Assembly: GCA_964247055.1 (NCBI GenBank)
Contig: OZ176051.1
Location: 8,990,001-9,054,000 of the forward strand
Length of the DNA stretch: 64,000 bases
Reading direction: 5' to 3'
Source: Paragordius varius
Lineage: Eukaryota; Animalia; Nematomorpha
Shown: positions 23,701 to 36,105 of the stretch, piece after piece
Layout of the letters: each line of letters starts with the position of its first letter
Numbering within the stretch: the first letter of the stretch is position 1
Translations under genes and position numbers: made by a program
Notes under the pieces: model-generated
What the model was told of the DNA's origin: nothing
Seen by the model: the letters and a program-made list of their open reading frames with translations, nothing else
The model's database searches: none

Positions 23701-26700
23701 TCCAAAATTGAACCTTTTCTCCACCCCGTATTGAGTGCATTCTTTATGTACACCTCTTCGTCCGGTGTGAAAACTTGATTGGGTATGATGTCGTCATTTA
23801 ATTGTTGCGAGGGTGTTTCTGCTTCCTTCCTCCCCCAATTCCCGATTATTGATTGTAATATCCCATTCCTCAGTTTGTTTTATCGTTGGACCACCATCAT
23901 CTCCCTCTCCATCCTGCTTGATGATGGTCGGCCGTAAATGATCTGCATGTTTTGCGAAGGGTTCGATTTCGATCTTTTACCGTAACGAGAGTACCTGTTC
24001 TCTCCAAAATTGAACCTTTTCTCCACCCCGTATTGAGTGCATTCTTTATGTACACCTCTTCGTCCGGTGTGAAAACTTGATTGGGTATGATGTCGTCATT
24101 TAATTGTTGCGAGGGTGTTTCTGCTTCCTTCCTCCCCCAATTCCCGATTATTGATTGTAATATCCCATTCCTCAGTTTGTTTTATCGTTGGACCACCATC
24201 ATCTCCCTCTCCATCCTGCTTGATGATGGTCGGCCGTAAATGATCTGCATGTTTTGCGAAGGGTTCGATTTCGATCTTTTACCGTAACGAGAGTACCTGT
24301 TCTCTCCAAAATTGAACCTTTTCTCCACCCCGTATTGAGTGCATTCTTTATGTACACCTCTTCGTCCGGTGTGAAAACTTGATTGGGTATGATGTCGTCA
24401 TTTAATTGTTGCGAGGGTGTTTCTCTAACCCAGAAAGGGGTATTAATATTTCTTTTGAGTATACGGGAACTCTTTTGTGGCCCTATGTACGGCGGAGCGA
24501 AAACCCCATAGCACTTGATTTATTTTTTAAGGTGTAAATAACACGCTCAACCAGCCCATTTGTTCAATGATAGGGGGCTCTGATATGTTAAATGTTTGCT
24601 CCCTCTTTGATGCAAAATATGACGCATTATCGGTAACTATCATTCGGGGAAACCCGTACATTACACACCAAATATTAAATCAATGTAATATGTTTGCTGA
24701 ATCAACATTTCTAAGCAAATCGACTTTAAATCATCTGGAGCTACTATCGATGGCCACTAACCAATAAAACCCATCTATAGGACCTGCCTAGATATATTCG
24801 TTTCCAGATACCTGTAATAAAATTCCATTTGTACGTGGGGTTGCTTTTTATGTTACTCCGGTTTAACTGATACCCCATACAAGATCTTACATAACTCTCA
24901 ATGTCTTGGTTTATACCTGGCCAATAAACTAGCCTTGCCAGACTCTTTCATTTCATTTATCCCCGAACGTCCACCATGCAAAAATTTTAACGTTTCATTG
25001 CGCAAAGCCCTCGGAATAATAAGACGATCGCCCCAATACAACGACCCATATGATTCTTGTATTTCGTTACTCAATATCGAATTTAACTGGAACTGACCAA
25101 TCATTATGATGTAGAGCCGCTTTCAGTGTCATCAAAAACTCATCCCTAAGGTATTTTCTTTAATTCTGTACTATTATGACCATTGTTAAAAAGTTGATCT
25201 ACCTACTGGTTGCTTGCTCCTCCACCTCCTCAGTCGGTTCTTCATAGGGTAGACGAGATAACCGATCCCCCAAATTTTCCGAATCCTTTATATTTTGTAT
25301 ATTAAAATTATAATCGGCTGTTCTGAGTATCCATCTTAATAATCTGCCATTATTAATATTACTTAGATCTCTCTTATAGCCAAACAGCTTGATTCGGGGT
25401 TTATGATCGATTAATAATACGAACTTTCTGCCATACACAAACATTTTAAACTATTCTAGCGCATATAAAATTGCCCTTTTTTTTTAATCACAGAGAAATT
25501 TTTGTTACGCCTTCGCACATTTTCGAGACGCAAAAGCTATCGGTCGTTTTCCGTCACTTGCCATGTGTGATAAGACTGTCCGAATCCGTCATTCGATGCG
25601 CCTGTTTCCAACACCAATTTCGGTTGAACGGAATTAGACATAATGCCTTATCACTAACAGTTTGCCTTTATCAAAAAACCATATCTTGTTTTGTCGACCA
25701 ACACCGTTTCTTAGAACCTGTAGGCGCATGTAAATCCGTGGGCCTAGCATGCAAAGCTGGAATAAAACGAGAGTAAAAATTCAACATTTCCAATAAAGAC
25801 CGGAGGGATGTCTTATTGGTAGGTGTAGGATAATTCGAAATTGCTTTTACCTTTTCATTATCAGATTTGATTCCTTTGTCTGAAATAATCCTAAATATGA
25901 CACTGAAGAACGAGCAATCGGATTTCATTTTATAATTAACCTTGATGACCCAACTATTGGACCCGCGGGTGCTAAGGTCGGCCTTCCCATCTCCAGTTAG
26001 GTGCATTTCCCAATTAATGAGATAACTTAGAAAAAGTTTTCAACAAATTAGATGCTGTGGGTTTGAAATTTGAGCTCCGGTATCGTACACCATCCACCCA
26101 ATGGCCATTCGGACCTCCTTGCGTTCGGGCTTCATTATTATTATTATTATTGTTATTGTTATCATTCACTATATTAACTCACCGGCAACACCTGCCAAAA
26201 TCACCTCGTTCTTTGCATCGATAACACTCTTTGTAAGCGGGACACTAGTTGATCGCATGCACGTACCCACATTTTCCACACTTAATTTTATTATCATCAC
26301 CTGCTTATTGTCATAACCATGTTTAATCAAACAGCTATCCGCCTTTTCCTACGCCATTGCCATTTCTACCACCATCTCCAACGTGACAGGTTTCCCATCA
26401 AAAATTGCATCTGGAAATTTTGAGAACAGATCTATTTCCAACCTTTTCAGTTTTAACCTTCCAACAAACCCATCTTTGATTCTTAGCATTGCATCTTGCC
26501 CAAAGTTGCACCTGGCCGCACATTTCTTTACCCGAATCAAATAATCCATCACTGATTCCGTGGCTTCCCAGCGGAGTTGCATAAACTGGAACCTGGCTGC
26601 AGACAAACTGTATGTCGGAGCAAATATTTTTTTCCAGCTGCTAACCAGAATCCCACCCCACTTCCACTAACAGTACGGGTTAAAAGAATCTCTTCATTTG

Positions 26701-27215
26701 GAATATGGGATAGACCTTAGTAGGCCAATAACGATTTTTTGCTTATAATAAAATAATTAGTGATTTTATATAGCAAATAAAAACTTTTTTATGTAAAAAT
26801 AACTTCATTTTTAAATATTTTAGTATATGATAACGCAAACAGAACAAGGGATCGAAATTGTGTAAGTTTATACATTGCTAGTGTTTCAATAATTAATGCC
26901 AGATAGGACCTATAGCAAAGGGAATGCCATATATCTATTTTTTTGTTTCTTACTACTATTAGCTAAAAAAATAACTCTCTCTGCTGTATATGCTATATCT
27001 GGCAATACTGAATGCAAAACTAGCGGTGTTTATATTTATTCTTTCTGTATATAGGTTAAAAAATAAACATTCTACGGACGAAGAAAACAATAGACACTTT
27101 ATACAGTCTATTATTACAGGAATTGAATGCGATCATCCAAAAAATTCAAACTCATCGATGCTGAATCTTGTACGATCAGCAAAAATACGGATTTTTACCA
27201 AATTGGCTGAATGTC
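14769..27215 (+). CDS. Multi-exon host gene; divergent ENPP/alkaline-phosphatase-superfamily-like ectodomain protein (tentative)
   Basis: Phase-consistent GT-AG exon chain: 15298-15348, 15889-15925, 16042-16060, 16206-16243, 16798-16987, 17105-17263, 17357-17432, 20529-20585, 20647-20701, 27055-~27215. Tentative N-terminal exons 14769-~14828 and ~14965-15032 (hydrophobic ATIASLLFVTLCIMVIIL). ENPP-like segments by eye: KPKCIYILSL, IITGWYP, SDTYKGM..RYIY, NSNSSMLNLVR. Gene presence is better supported than its identity. Confidence 0.55.
17995..18525. mobile_element. piggyBac-type MITE
   Basis: TTAA|CACTTGGATAC...GAATCGAAGTG|TTAA, with subterminal palindromes GGGGTATTT(G/A)GATACCCC at both ends. 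Confidence 0.85.
18590..19110. mobile_element. MITE, TA(C/A)CATTTGCACT family, copy 1
   Basis: TATAACATTTGCACTT...AAGTGCGAATGGTATA with subterminal repeats. Homologous to 30620-31130. Confidence 0.75.
22961..26650 (-). mobile_element. Degenerate Ty3/gypsy LTR retrotransposon (gag, partial RT, RNase H, integrase), antisense within the intron 20702-27054 of the + gene model
   Basis: gag 26349-26606 (YLIRVKKCAARCNFG); RT connection (KVKAISNYPTPTNKTSLRSLLEMLNFYSRFIP); RNase H (YGRKFVLLIDHKP...RLLRW...DRLSRLP); integrase zinc region (RLIIPRALRNETLKFLH); tail RGYPLRERKAPDKL. Possible 3' LTR ~22961-23112; no matching 5' LTR found. Confidence 0.88.
23217..24424. repeat. Tandem array, 4 x 302 bp, essentially identical, made from the integrase C-terminal coding region
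   Basis: Units start at 23217, 23519, 23821, 24123. I see only one substitution (TTGTAATTTCC vs TTGTAATATCC in unit 2). Confidence 0.95.
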
Positions 27216-29401
27216 ACTTTTAAAATTTTTGTGTAAAAAGTATACACTTTAGTTAGTGAATATTCAATCGTTAATTATTCTGTCACTCATAATAAATATC
27301 AACTGGATATATATTAGTTCTAGCATTAACAATCATACATAACTTATGGTTTTTGTAAATTATAAGATCTTTATTAGTTAGAAAATCAGCTGGGGTGAAA
27401 TATGCAATGAATAGTAAGTGGCGGCTTTTATTTACACCTATATTAGAAACAGTTTTAGAAAGAATGATTTGTGAATAAGAAAATGGTATATATATATATA
27501 TCAGAATAAATCTCTACAAAATTGGATAAATTTATGATAATTAAATGAATATTTCAATTTACCAAAAGAATTCATTGGATATTTTGTTAATAGATTTTGG
27601 GTTCCACGAAGAAACGACATATTCAAATCAAAAATGATCCGTGCACAAATAATTTTTTCTAAGAATATTCCAAGTTGATTATTAACAAAACTTAATATAT
27701 ATGGCTTCCATAGCAATAATTTTTATTCGTCGTTAAAAGCTATCAGTAAAAATTGGCTATTATATGGTATATCGCATGCAGGGTTGCGAATTTAACTACT
27801 AAAATTCCGATCACACCATGAGCATGGTCATGACCATTTTTTAAATATTTGTTATAAATTATTTGGAAACTATAAAAATTGTAATATTAATAAAAATAAC
27901 TTACTTAAGTATATCATGTGATATTTAAAATTATGAAAATAATGATAACAACACTTGCGTTTCACTAATAATGTTATGATTTTTTTTAAATAAGTTTACG
28001 TATATTATTTTGATATTTATAAATTAAAAATATATTCAATCAAATATTCGCAAGAATTTTGTATAATATTGCAAATGTAAAATTAATGTTTTTTGCTACA
28101 TGTTTGTGGCTTTCTGAATCTTCAACATGGTTTTTAATATTGGATAGTTTAAATTAAATTTTACCTACTTTATTTTACACTTTTTTTTATATTAATATCA
28201 TCAACAGTTATAAGGTGTCTTCATCAGTGGCGAAACTACGGGGAGCTAGGGGGAGCAGTGCGGGGCGGCCCAAGGCAAAACATGGGCCCTTTTTTACTAT
28301 TTATATTAAATTTAGGTCCCCTTTCTATTTGGCGGGGGCCAAATGTTAATTTACTTTTTTCATTTACGGAGGTAATGATTGTTTAATTTTAAGTATACTG
28401 GCAAAGAATAAAGAGAATTATTCTTGATTGAAAGGAAGAATAAGCAAAAAAAATGTAGTTTTTTTACTATCTCAATAAGCCGTTTTATTTTAAGATTATT
28501 TTTAATCACCTTTAAATTCTGTCCAGTTAACACCTTAAAAAAGTGAAAATAGTTAAAAAATAAATAAATTAGTATAGATAGTTAACACCAAAAATTAAGT
28601 GAAGCTTATAAATTTTTAAGTCCTAACTTATTTTGTTATAAAAAATTATAGTATTATAGTATCGTGAGAATTCACAAAATTTTGACAGATGTAATTTTTT
28701 TGCTTCTGTTAAATTAAAATAATTACAAATAAAACTCATTTGCAATAATATATTCATGTAGCGTAAAAATTTATTTTGTTTGTTAATGTAGTGTGAAAGA
28801 CAGTTTACATATTTAATTTTTATGAGGAAAGGTATTGAGTCAAAAGAAAGATCACAAAATGCATTTTTTTCATTACACGATAAATTGCCATGATGATATT
28901 GTTCTTCTTTTATTAATGTGTGATGGTAGTTTTAATAGTGAATAAAAAAAGGGGGAAAGAAAAACATTTATCATAACAAATATTCACTAACAAGTAATCT
29001 CAATTTATTTATTTTGATCATACAATATGCAATTTAAAGTAAGCCAAATCACATGAATGTTGGCCAATTCATATTACAGCACAATATGAGAAATAACAAT
29101 AATTTTGTCTACATGGTGAATGAAATTCATTAAATTTTATAGAATTGTTATTACACATACTTTACTGTAAAGTTAATTTGGCCAATATTTGTTAGCTGGT
29201 TTACATTAATGTACATTGTTTTTCTAATACTTTTAACCTTTGATTCATGTTATTTTCAAATTTATTTTTTGTTCTAAAACATAAAGTTTCGATAAACTAT
29301 CATCACACACTAAAACACGGATCGGCAATTTTTAGCGGGCCATTCTCAAAATTTAAAAATCTCGGCGGTCCCACATTCATATATTTAATCAGTACATTTA
29401 G

Positions 29402-29508
29402 CAGGCCTTTGAACTGGAACCTGGTTCCTTTTAGGAACATATTCCTGTTCCATTTTTAAATTAGAGCTCGGTTCTATTCCACTTTTTTGGGACCAGTTCA
29501 AAGCCCTG
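29402..29508. mobile_element. 107-bp MITE (hAT-like termini)
   Basis: CAGGCCTTTGAACTGG ... CCAGTTCAAAGCCCTG; TSD not preserved. Confidence 0.65.
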
Positions 29509-30619
29509 TATATTTTTTATTCTGACAAACAGGTGTCAAAATTTTATTTATCCGAATTCTGATAAAATAACTTTTAGCAATTATATTTAAGAAGTTTCCC
29601 CGCTGCTATTCCTAAGCAGGCCCGTATTCCACGCATATGTTGACAATGTGTTTATATGAAAAATGAATATGTGAGCATGCAGGCGAGCGAATAGAGAAAG
29701 CTTCAAAGCTGTCCCCCCCATTCATGAATTAGGAATTAAATCTTCATAGTAAAATAGGTTTATAATTATGCCCATGTTAATGACAGCACGTCATGGATGT
29801 TTACTCATTTTAAAATGGTCACTACATTGGAGGCCACACAAAAGGAAACGTTGCCTACCTCTGAAATAATAGATCTTATGGATTCGCATAATGTTTTCAC
29901 TATAATCGTATAGTTGTAAAAATTTATTAAAAATACTTAATTCTAAATAATTTTTTTATTGATTACCAAACCTAAGCAGAGCGCAAAAACGAAAAAGAGC
30001 GAAGGAAAACACAATAAGCGTTCTAAAAATGACAATGATGACAGATTTTTTAAAACCCATTTCGACAAATGTGTCCTTTGATGTTACACGAGAAACAAAA
30101 AACAGTTTAGATAAGCAATGGTGTAAATAATTTGGATTGTTCAATCGTATTATTGAATCTAGCCTTCATGCTAGCTATAGCACAAATGAGAAAACAGTGA
30201 TTAACAACAAAGGTGTAGACGATTTGTATAGTTTGAGTCATACTAATGTGGAACCTAGAAGTCGTTTGCTTTCAGAGAATGATATGGGTAATTATATAAA
30301 TATAGAGTTTTAAATGAAGAAAAATGAATTTTGATATCGTTTAATTCACATCGTATCCCAGGCCTTTTAAAAGATCCTTTTAAAGAAAATCGTTGCTTTT
30401 CAAAAAGAAGAACACTAAATCTGCGCGTAAAAAGAACATGGATGGCGGATCAAATGGATAAAAAGATATAATTATTCGCTCATGCAAAATCGAGAAAATG
30501 AAATTCAGGATTTTCTGATTAATACATGCTCCAGATAGGTAATTCATTATTTTAAACTTTAAAGATGACGTTAAAATTAAGAGATTGGAGATGGTTATGC
30601 TACTTATCATATATAAAAA

Positions 30620-31130
30620 TATACCATTTGCACTTCAAGTTGGTCCTTTGACTTTTTATTTAGTTTTTTTATCAGTCTAATCGTATATTCATCTATTTTA
30701 TCGTTTTTAATATATTTTTATTATTTAACATAAATTTTAAATCAATATCAACTTTCAATCATTAAAAAACCATATATCTTTATTAATTTCCTAAAATTAT
30801 TTTGGATAAAGAGTTTTGTAATTTAAAAATTTATAAGTTTTCTGGATTGTTATTTACAATTTTTTGATTGAAAACATTTAAAAGTTAATAATTTTGTAAA
30901 ATTGAAAAAAAATATTTTAACCATGATTTTTTGAACAAAAATTTTTATTTTTAAATTAATAAATATATAAAGAAAATTAGGATAAAAATATTAAATTAAA
31001 AAAATAAATGCAAAAATTATAATTAAATTAAATTAAAAGGTTTTTAGGACCAACTTGAACTAACAATGACCAACTTGGAGTGCTCAAGGACCAACTTGAA
31101 GTGTTCAAGGACATTCGAGTGCAAAGGGTA
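30620..31130. mobile_element. MITE, TACCATTTGCACT family, copy 2
   Basis: TATACCATTTGCACTT ... GAGTGCAAAGGGTA; similar to 18590-19110. Confidence 0.75.
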
Positions 31131-32159
31131 GCAAAACTTTTAGTGATACTAAGTCATAATATCATTTTTAAATATATTATTTCTTGAATCTAAGTGATGC
31201 GCCAGGTGAAAAGATAATTGCAAACTATTTTTTTTAGGGGGGGGGGGGGGGGGGGGAGAGGGGGGCCTAGTATTTAAATCTTGCGGGGGGCCCAAATAGT
31301 TTCTCCACTGCTTTTCATTTTATTTTGATTCTCATATATGGAATAAATGCAAATTTTGCACATTGCTTGATTGTTTTGTTTTACGAAATAATTCCATACA
31401 CTGGACATGTTTAAAGGCAATATCAGGATGCTTGTTTAACAACTTTTATATTGTTGAATATAGAGCATTTTTAAATATCGATTATATATTAAAATTTAAT
31501 TTTTATTTTTTAAATATATTAAAAAACAATAAAATACTGCCTCTCTTCCAAAAAATTTCTAAGAGTTTTTCAACAAACAGCTGTTTTTTTAGATCATGGT
31601 CAAAAATTAATAGTCAACCTGGTTATGACCCAATCAATTGACCGGGTAATGACCTGCTCAGCTCAACCTTAATCGCATGATATTAAATGCTCTATTCCAG
31701 GGGACAGCAATCTTTTTTGTAAATAAGCCGTTTGAATATAGAAATTTTAGGCGAGCCCTACGCTTGAAGATATAATCAAAATAGAACTAACTCCATGCCA
31801 ATATAATAGTATATTAATAGAAAGGAAAAAGTTATTGTTATTTTAGCGATTAATATTGAAATATGGAAGGAAATTTGACCAATGGTGAACTTTGTTCATT
31901 ACATTTTTTTAAAATATTTCACTGTGCTTCTAATGCCTTTGATAAAAATAATTTTATCTTGTCTAAACTGAACTATATTAATCATCATTTATATTTTTAG
32001 TTCGTAGTGGCGACGTTGATTAATTACCTGTAAACAATCATTGATTATTTGCAAATTAAACATAGAGGTTAATATAATAATCAAAATTCCAGTTTTCATT
32101 ATAGGGGTAGGCTTCAAAAAATTTTGTTTTCTTTGATCTACTATTGATATTTTCTATAA

Positions 32160-33929
32160 TCTATATATTTATAAAAATGGAAAATGCCGGCTTTGTGATC
32201 TGGTACAGGAAAACCGGTAGACCCATTCAAATCCAAACTTCGAAAAAATATAATCATTAATGAATGCCCCGACAATAGCTTCGCCCTTATATTGAAATAG
32301 GCCCCAGTTCGGGCCCAATCCGTGTGAAAAACGGGTGTTTTTTGAAAACCAAAAATCGTGTCTTTGAGACAATTTTCCGGAGAACGTGTTGGACCATTCA
32401 ATTTCAAATATAATTTTTATTTACTTATTTTCGATTGCGCCGATATAGTGGTCTCGCTTTTTTGATTTAGGCCCTCTTTTTACCCGCTCCCCCCGTAAAA
32501 TGCCACCTTTTTCAAAAAACAAAGTCCACAAAAATATTTTAAATCTATTTTTCGACCAAGGTATGAGACCGTAAAAATTTAATATGGATTCCACGTATTC
32601 CCTGTTAAAAGGCAAAAATTTTAGCGTTTCTTTGATGATAGCTGCTGGTTAAGGAGCCACCCGCTAAAAACTGATTTCTCATGTAACTTTGTGATCTGGT
32701 ACAGGAAAACCGGTACACCCAATCAAATCCAAATATCGAAAAAATATAATCATTAATAAATGTCCCGACAATAGCCTCGCCCTTTTTTGGAATTATGTCC
32801 CCAGTTCGGGCCTACCCCGTGTAAAAAACAGGTTAAGTCAATTTTTTGGAGAACGTGTTGGACCATTCGATTTCAAATATGATTTTTGTTTACTTATTTT
32901 TGTTTGCGCTGAACATAGTCGACTTATTTTTTGATTTTGGCCACCCGCTACCCCCGTAAAATGCCATTTTTTTCAAAAAAAAAAAGTCCACAAAAATAAT
33001 TTTTTGATTGTATTTTCTTGCCCACGGTATGAGACTGTAAAAATTCGAGAAAGATTTTTCGTATTGCCTGTTAAAAGGCAAAAATTTTAGTCAAGCGTTT
33101 CTGTGATGATAGCTGCTGAGTAGGGAGTATCTATCATATGTATAGTATGTTAAAGATATATGGATATTAATACATTATTTATGGTAATCTATATATTTAT
33201 AAAAATGGAAAATGCCGGCTTTGTGATCTGGTACAGGAAAACCGGTAGACCCATTCAAATCCAAACTTCGAAAAAATATAATCATTAATGAATGCTCCGA
33301 CAATAGCTTCGCCCTTATATTGAAATAGGCCCCAGTTCGGGCCCACCCCGTGTGAAAAACGGGTGTTTTTTGAAAACAGAAGTTCACAAAAATCGTGTCT
33401 TTGAGACAATTTTCCGGAGAACGTTTGGACCATTCAATTTCAAATATTATTTTTATTTACTTATTTTCGATTGCGCCGATATAGTGGTCTCGCTTTTTTG
33501 ATTTAGGCCCTCTTTTTACCCGATATCCCCTTAAAATTCTATTTCAAAAAAAACAAAGTCCGCAAAAATAATTTTTTGATTGTATTATTTGCCCAAGGTA
33601 TGAGACTGTAAAAATTCGATCAGGATTTTTCGTATTTCCTGTTAAAAGGCAAAAATTTTAGTCAAGCGCTTCTTTGATGATAGCTGCTGAGTAAGGAGTT
33701 TCTATAATATGTATAAATATTTTTTTAAATCTATTTTTCCCTTAAGTAAACAATCAATGTATGAATTCACCGTTTTATAATGCCTAAGAGATCATAGCTA
33801 TTAAATAATGTTTCGAAATAATCCACATATGTGGATCATTTTATTGTCCCTTTTTTCAAATAACACCCCCTCCCCCCAGAAGTCCAAAGGACTTCCTCGG
33901 GCTGCGTAGCAGCATGAGATTTACGCCAG
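32160..33929 (+). mobile_element. Tandem non-autonomous Helitron: a 3'-less unit 32160-33187 followed by a complete unit 33188-33929
   Basis: A|TCTATATATTTATAAAAATGG 5' ends at 32160 and 33188. Same double-hairpin 3' end as 3153-3201, ending CCAG|T at 33929. Confidence 0.8.
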
Positions 33930-36105
33930 TATGTATATATATATATATATATATTTATATGTATATATATATATATATACTGTTATTAAAATATATCATC
34001 ACTGAAGCAAAGAATTCAAAAAATTTAAATTTTTGGATTTGGGTCCGAAAAGTCCAAATTTTTTTGCTCTTTTAAAATAGGCTGCTCCTCTAAAAAAACG
34101 CAAAAATGAGGGTATTGAGGGATAAAAATCATAAATATGAGCTAAATTTTGATATCAAATAAAATAATTAAAAAAAAATTTTTATAAAAAAATTTAATTT
34201 TAACTAAATTTTATTCAAGCGTACTACATATTTGAAGTTAAAAAATATAAAAACGCCTTAAATTAAACTTTTTTATGTTTGATGCTGCAAAACATTTATA
34301 TCTTAATTAATAAAATATTCGTTGGTTTTCAAACGGCGGTTTCTCATAATTGTTTTATTTACAAAATGCATCAAATCAGAAGCAAACGAACGTTTAATTA
34401 AAGTTCTGAAGCAATGGAAATGTAGCATTATCGAATTATATTGAAAAAGGGTTATGATATCTAAAAACGTTTATTAACCGTTTTGATCATGACCCAAAAT
34501 AGTATGAAATTTGGTTTCAACAATGAAAAAATTGTGATTTTTTAAAAAAAATTTGGATAAAATTAAACATATATTTAAAATTTTTATCGCGGCATCCCGG
34601 CATTTTTGGGTTTAAGAAGACTAGCTTATAGAGCAAAATATGTGGGACATCTGAGCCCACATTTATAAGTTTTTTTGAAAATATTGTTGTGCCTATTTGT
34701 AATATATTTTAATATTTTTTAGAAAAAAACCTCTAGCTTTCACCAAATATTATTTGAAAAATATGCGCAAATTTCGCCATATTCCGATCTGGAGCACCTA
34801 CCAAAAAAGTGTAAATAATTTTCTTAAAATTTACTCGTAAGAGCCAAAACCAAAAGCACGATAATCCTGGTAATTTTCTTATCAGAATATAAATTCAGGT
34901 CATAATACTTCCCGATTTTTGATTCAGTGCTATACAAATAGTTTTACGAATGTTAAATTTAAAAATTTCGAAACTCCAACTTTTTTGCAGCCATTTTTTC
35001 CAATATTTTATAAACAATTATAATGCAAATAATTTTTATAAGAGTTAAATGCAACAAATTAGTTTTAAACCACGGGCTACATTTTATGAAGCTGTTCGTT
35101 TCAATCCCAATTTTAGACTCTAGAAGTCACAAAATTCTAAAAAATATAATTTATAGTAAAACATAATAACAATCTTTAATAAATAAAATATAAATTTTGA
35201 CAACCGTAGTTTCCTTTTAAAATTGAGATGTGGATTATACAACTACCCGAAAAGCTTGGATATAGAAGTGAGTAAGAAAATGTTAACAGAATGTGCGCAA
35301 GTTTAGCCCATATATGAGATGGAACAGCGACTACTAAAGTAATAACTTTATTAAATTACTCGTTAGGGCCAAAATCAAAAGCCATATCGTAATCCTGATA
35401 CCTTTTCATATCAGAATGTATATATTTGATCAGGATTTTCATCCCCCGCCCCTTCCCCAATTAGTACGCAGTGTAAACAGAAAAAGTGACTTTTTTCATT
35501 ATTTTAATTTTTAGCAAATGCCATGTCGCTAAATATTTACCTTCAGGTTTATCCATAAAATCAGTATTATCAAGTCTTTTTTAATATTTTTTTCAAGTTC
35601 ATCAATGTCATAAGTGCAAACTTTAATTTAAATTTATTCTATATTTTGATTTTATACAGGTCAAGAGTCAAAGGTTGCCCCTATTTGAGTCGAAGGACTG
35701 GTATTGTGTTTCACCCAAAAGTGAAATATAAATTTAATTTTTAAAACTAATTTTGTATATTTCAAATCAGACAACATTCAGCAATCACACCATCATAAAA
35801 CTTCTATGAACCTAGATATTTTATATAAAACACGAATAGATGCGAAATATTATAAACGATTGATTTCATTTATATTCCAGTATGTCGATATTGAATCATG
35901 ATGAATATCCTTGCACCTATCAATACAATATAAATGCCCATTGCTCATTAACTATTCAGATCATCTAATCAATCATTATATGTGTTAATACAACCAATAT
36001 TATTCTTTTATGTATATTTAGTTAACATTTTTTGTGCAAAAAAGTCTTACAGACAAAAAATACAAAAATAATAATTTTTTCCTTCTTTATCATTGAAATT
36101 TAAAT

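Larger units (their letters stand above)
28225..31310. mobile_element. Non-autonomous hAT element (~3.1 kb) carrying nested MITEs
   Basis: TIR CAGTGGCGAAACTA / TAGTTTCTCCACTG. Degenerate 8-bp TSD GTCTTCAT / CTTTTCAT (6/8). Confidence 0.8.
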
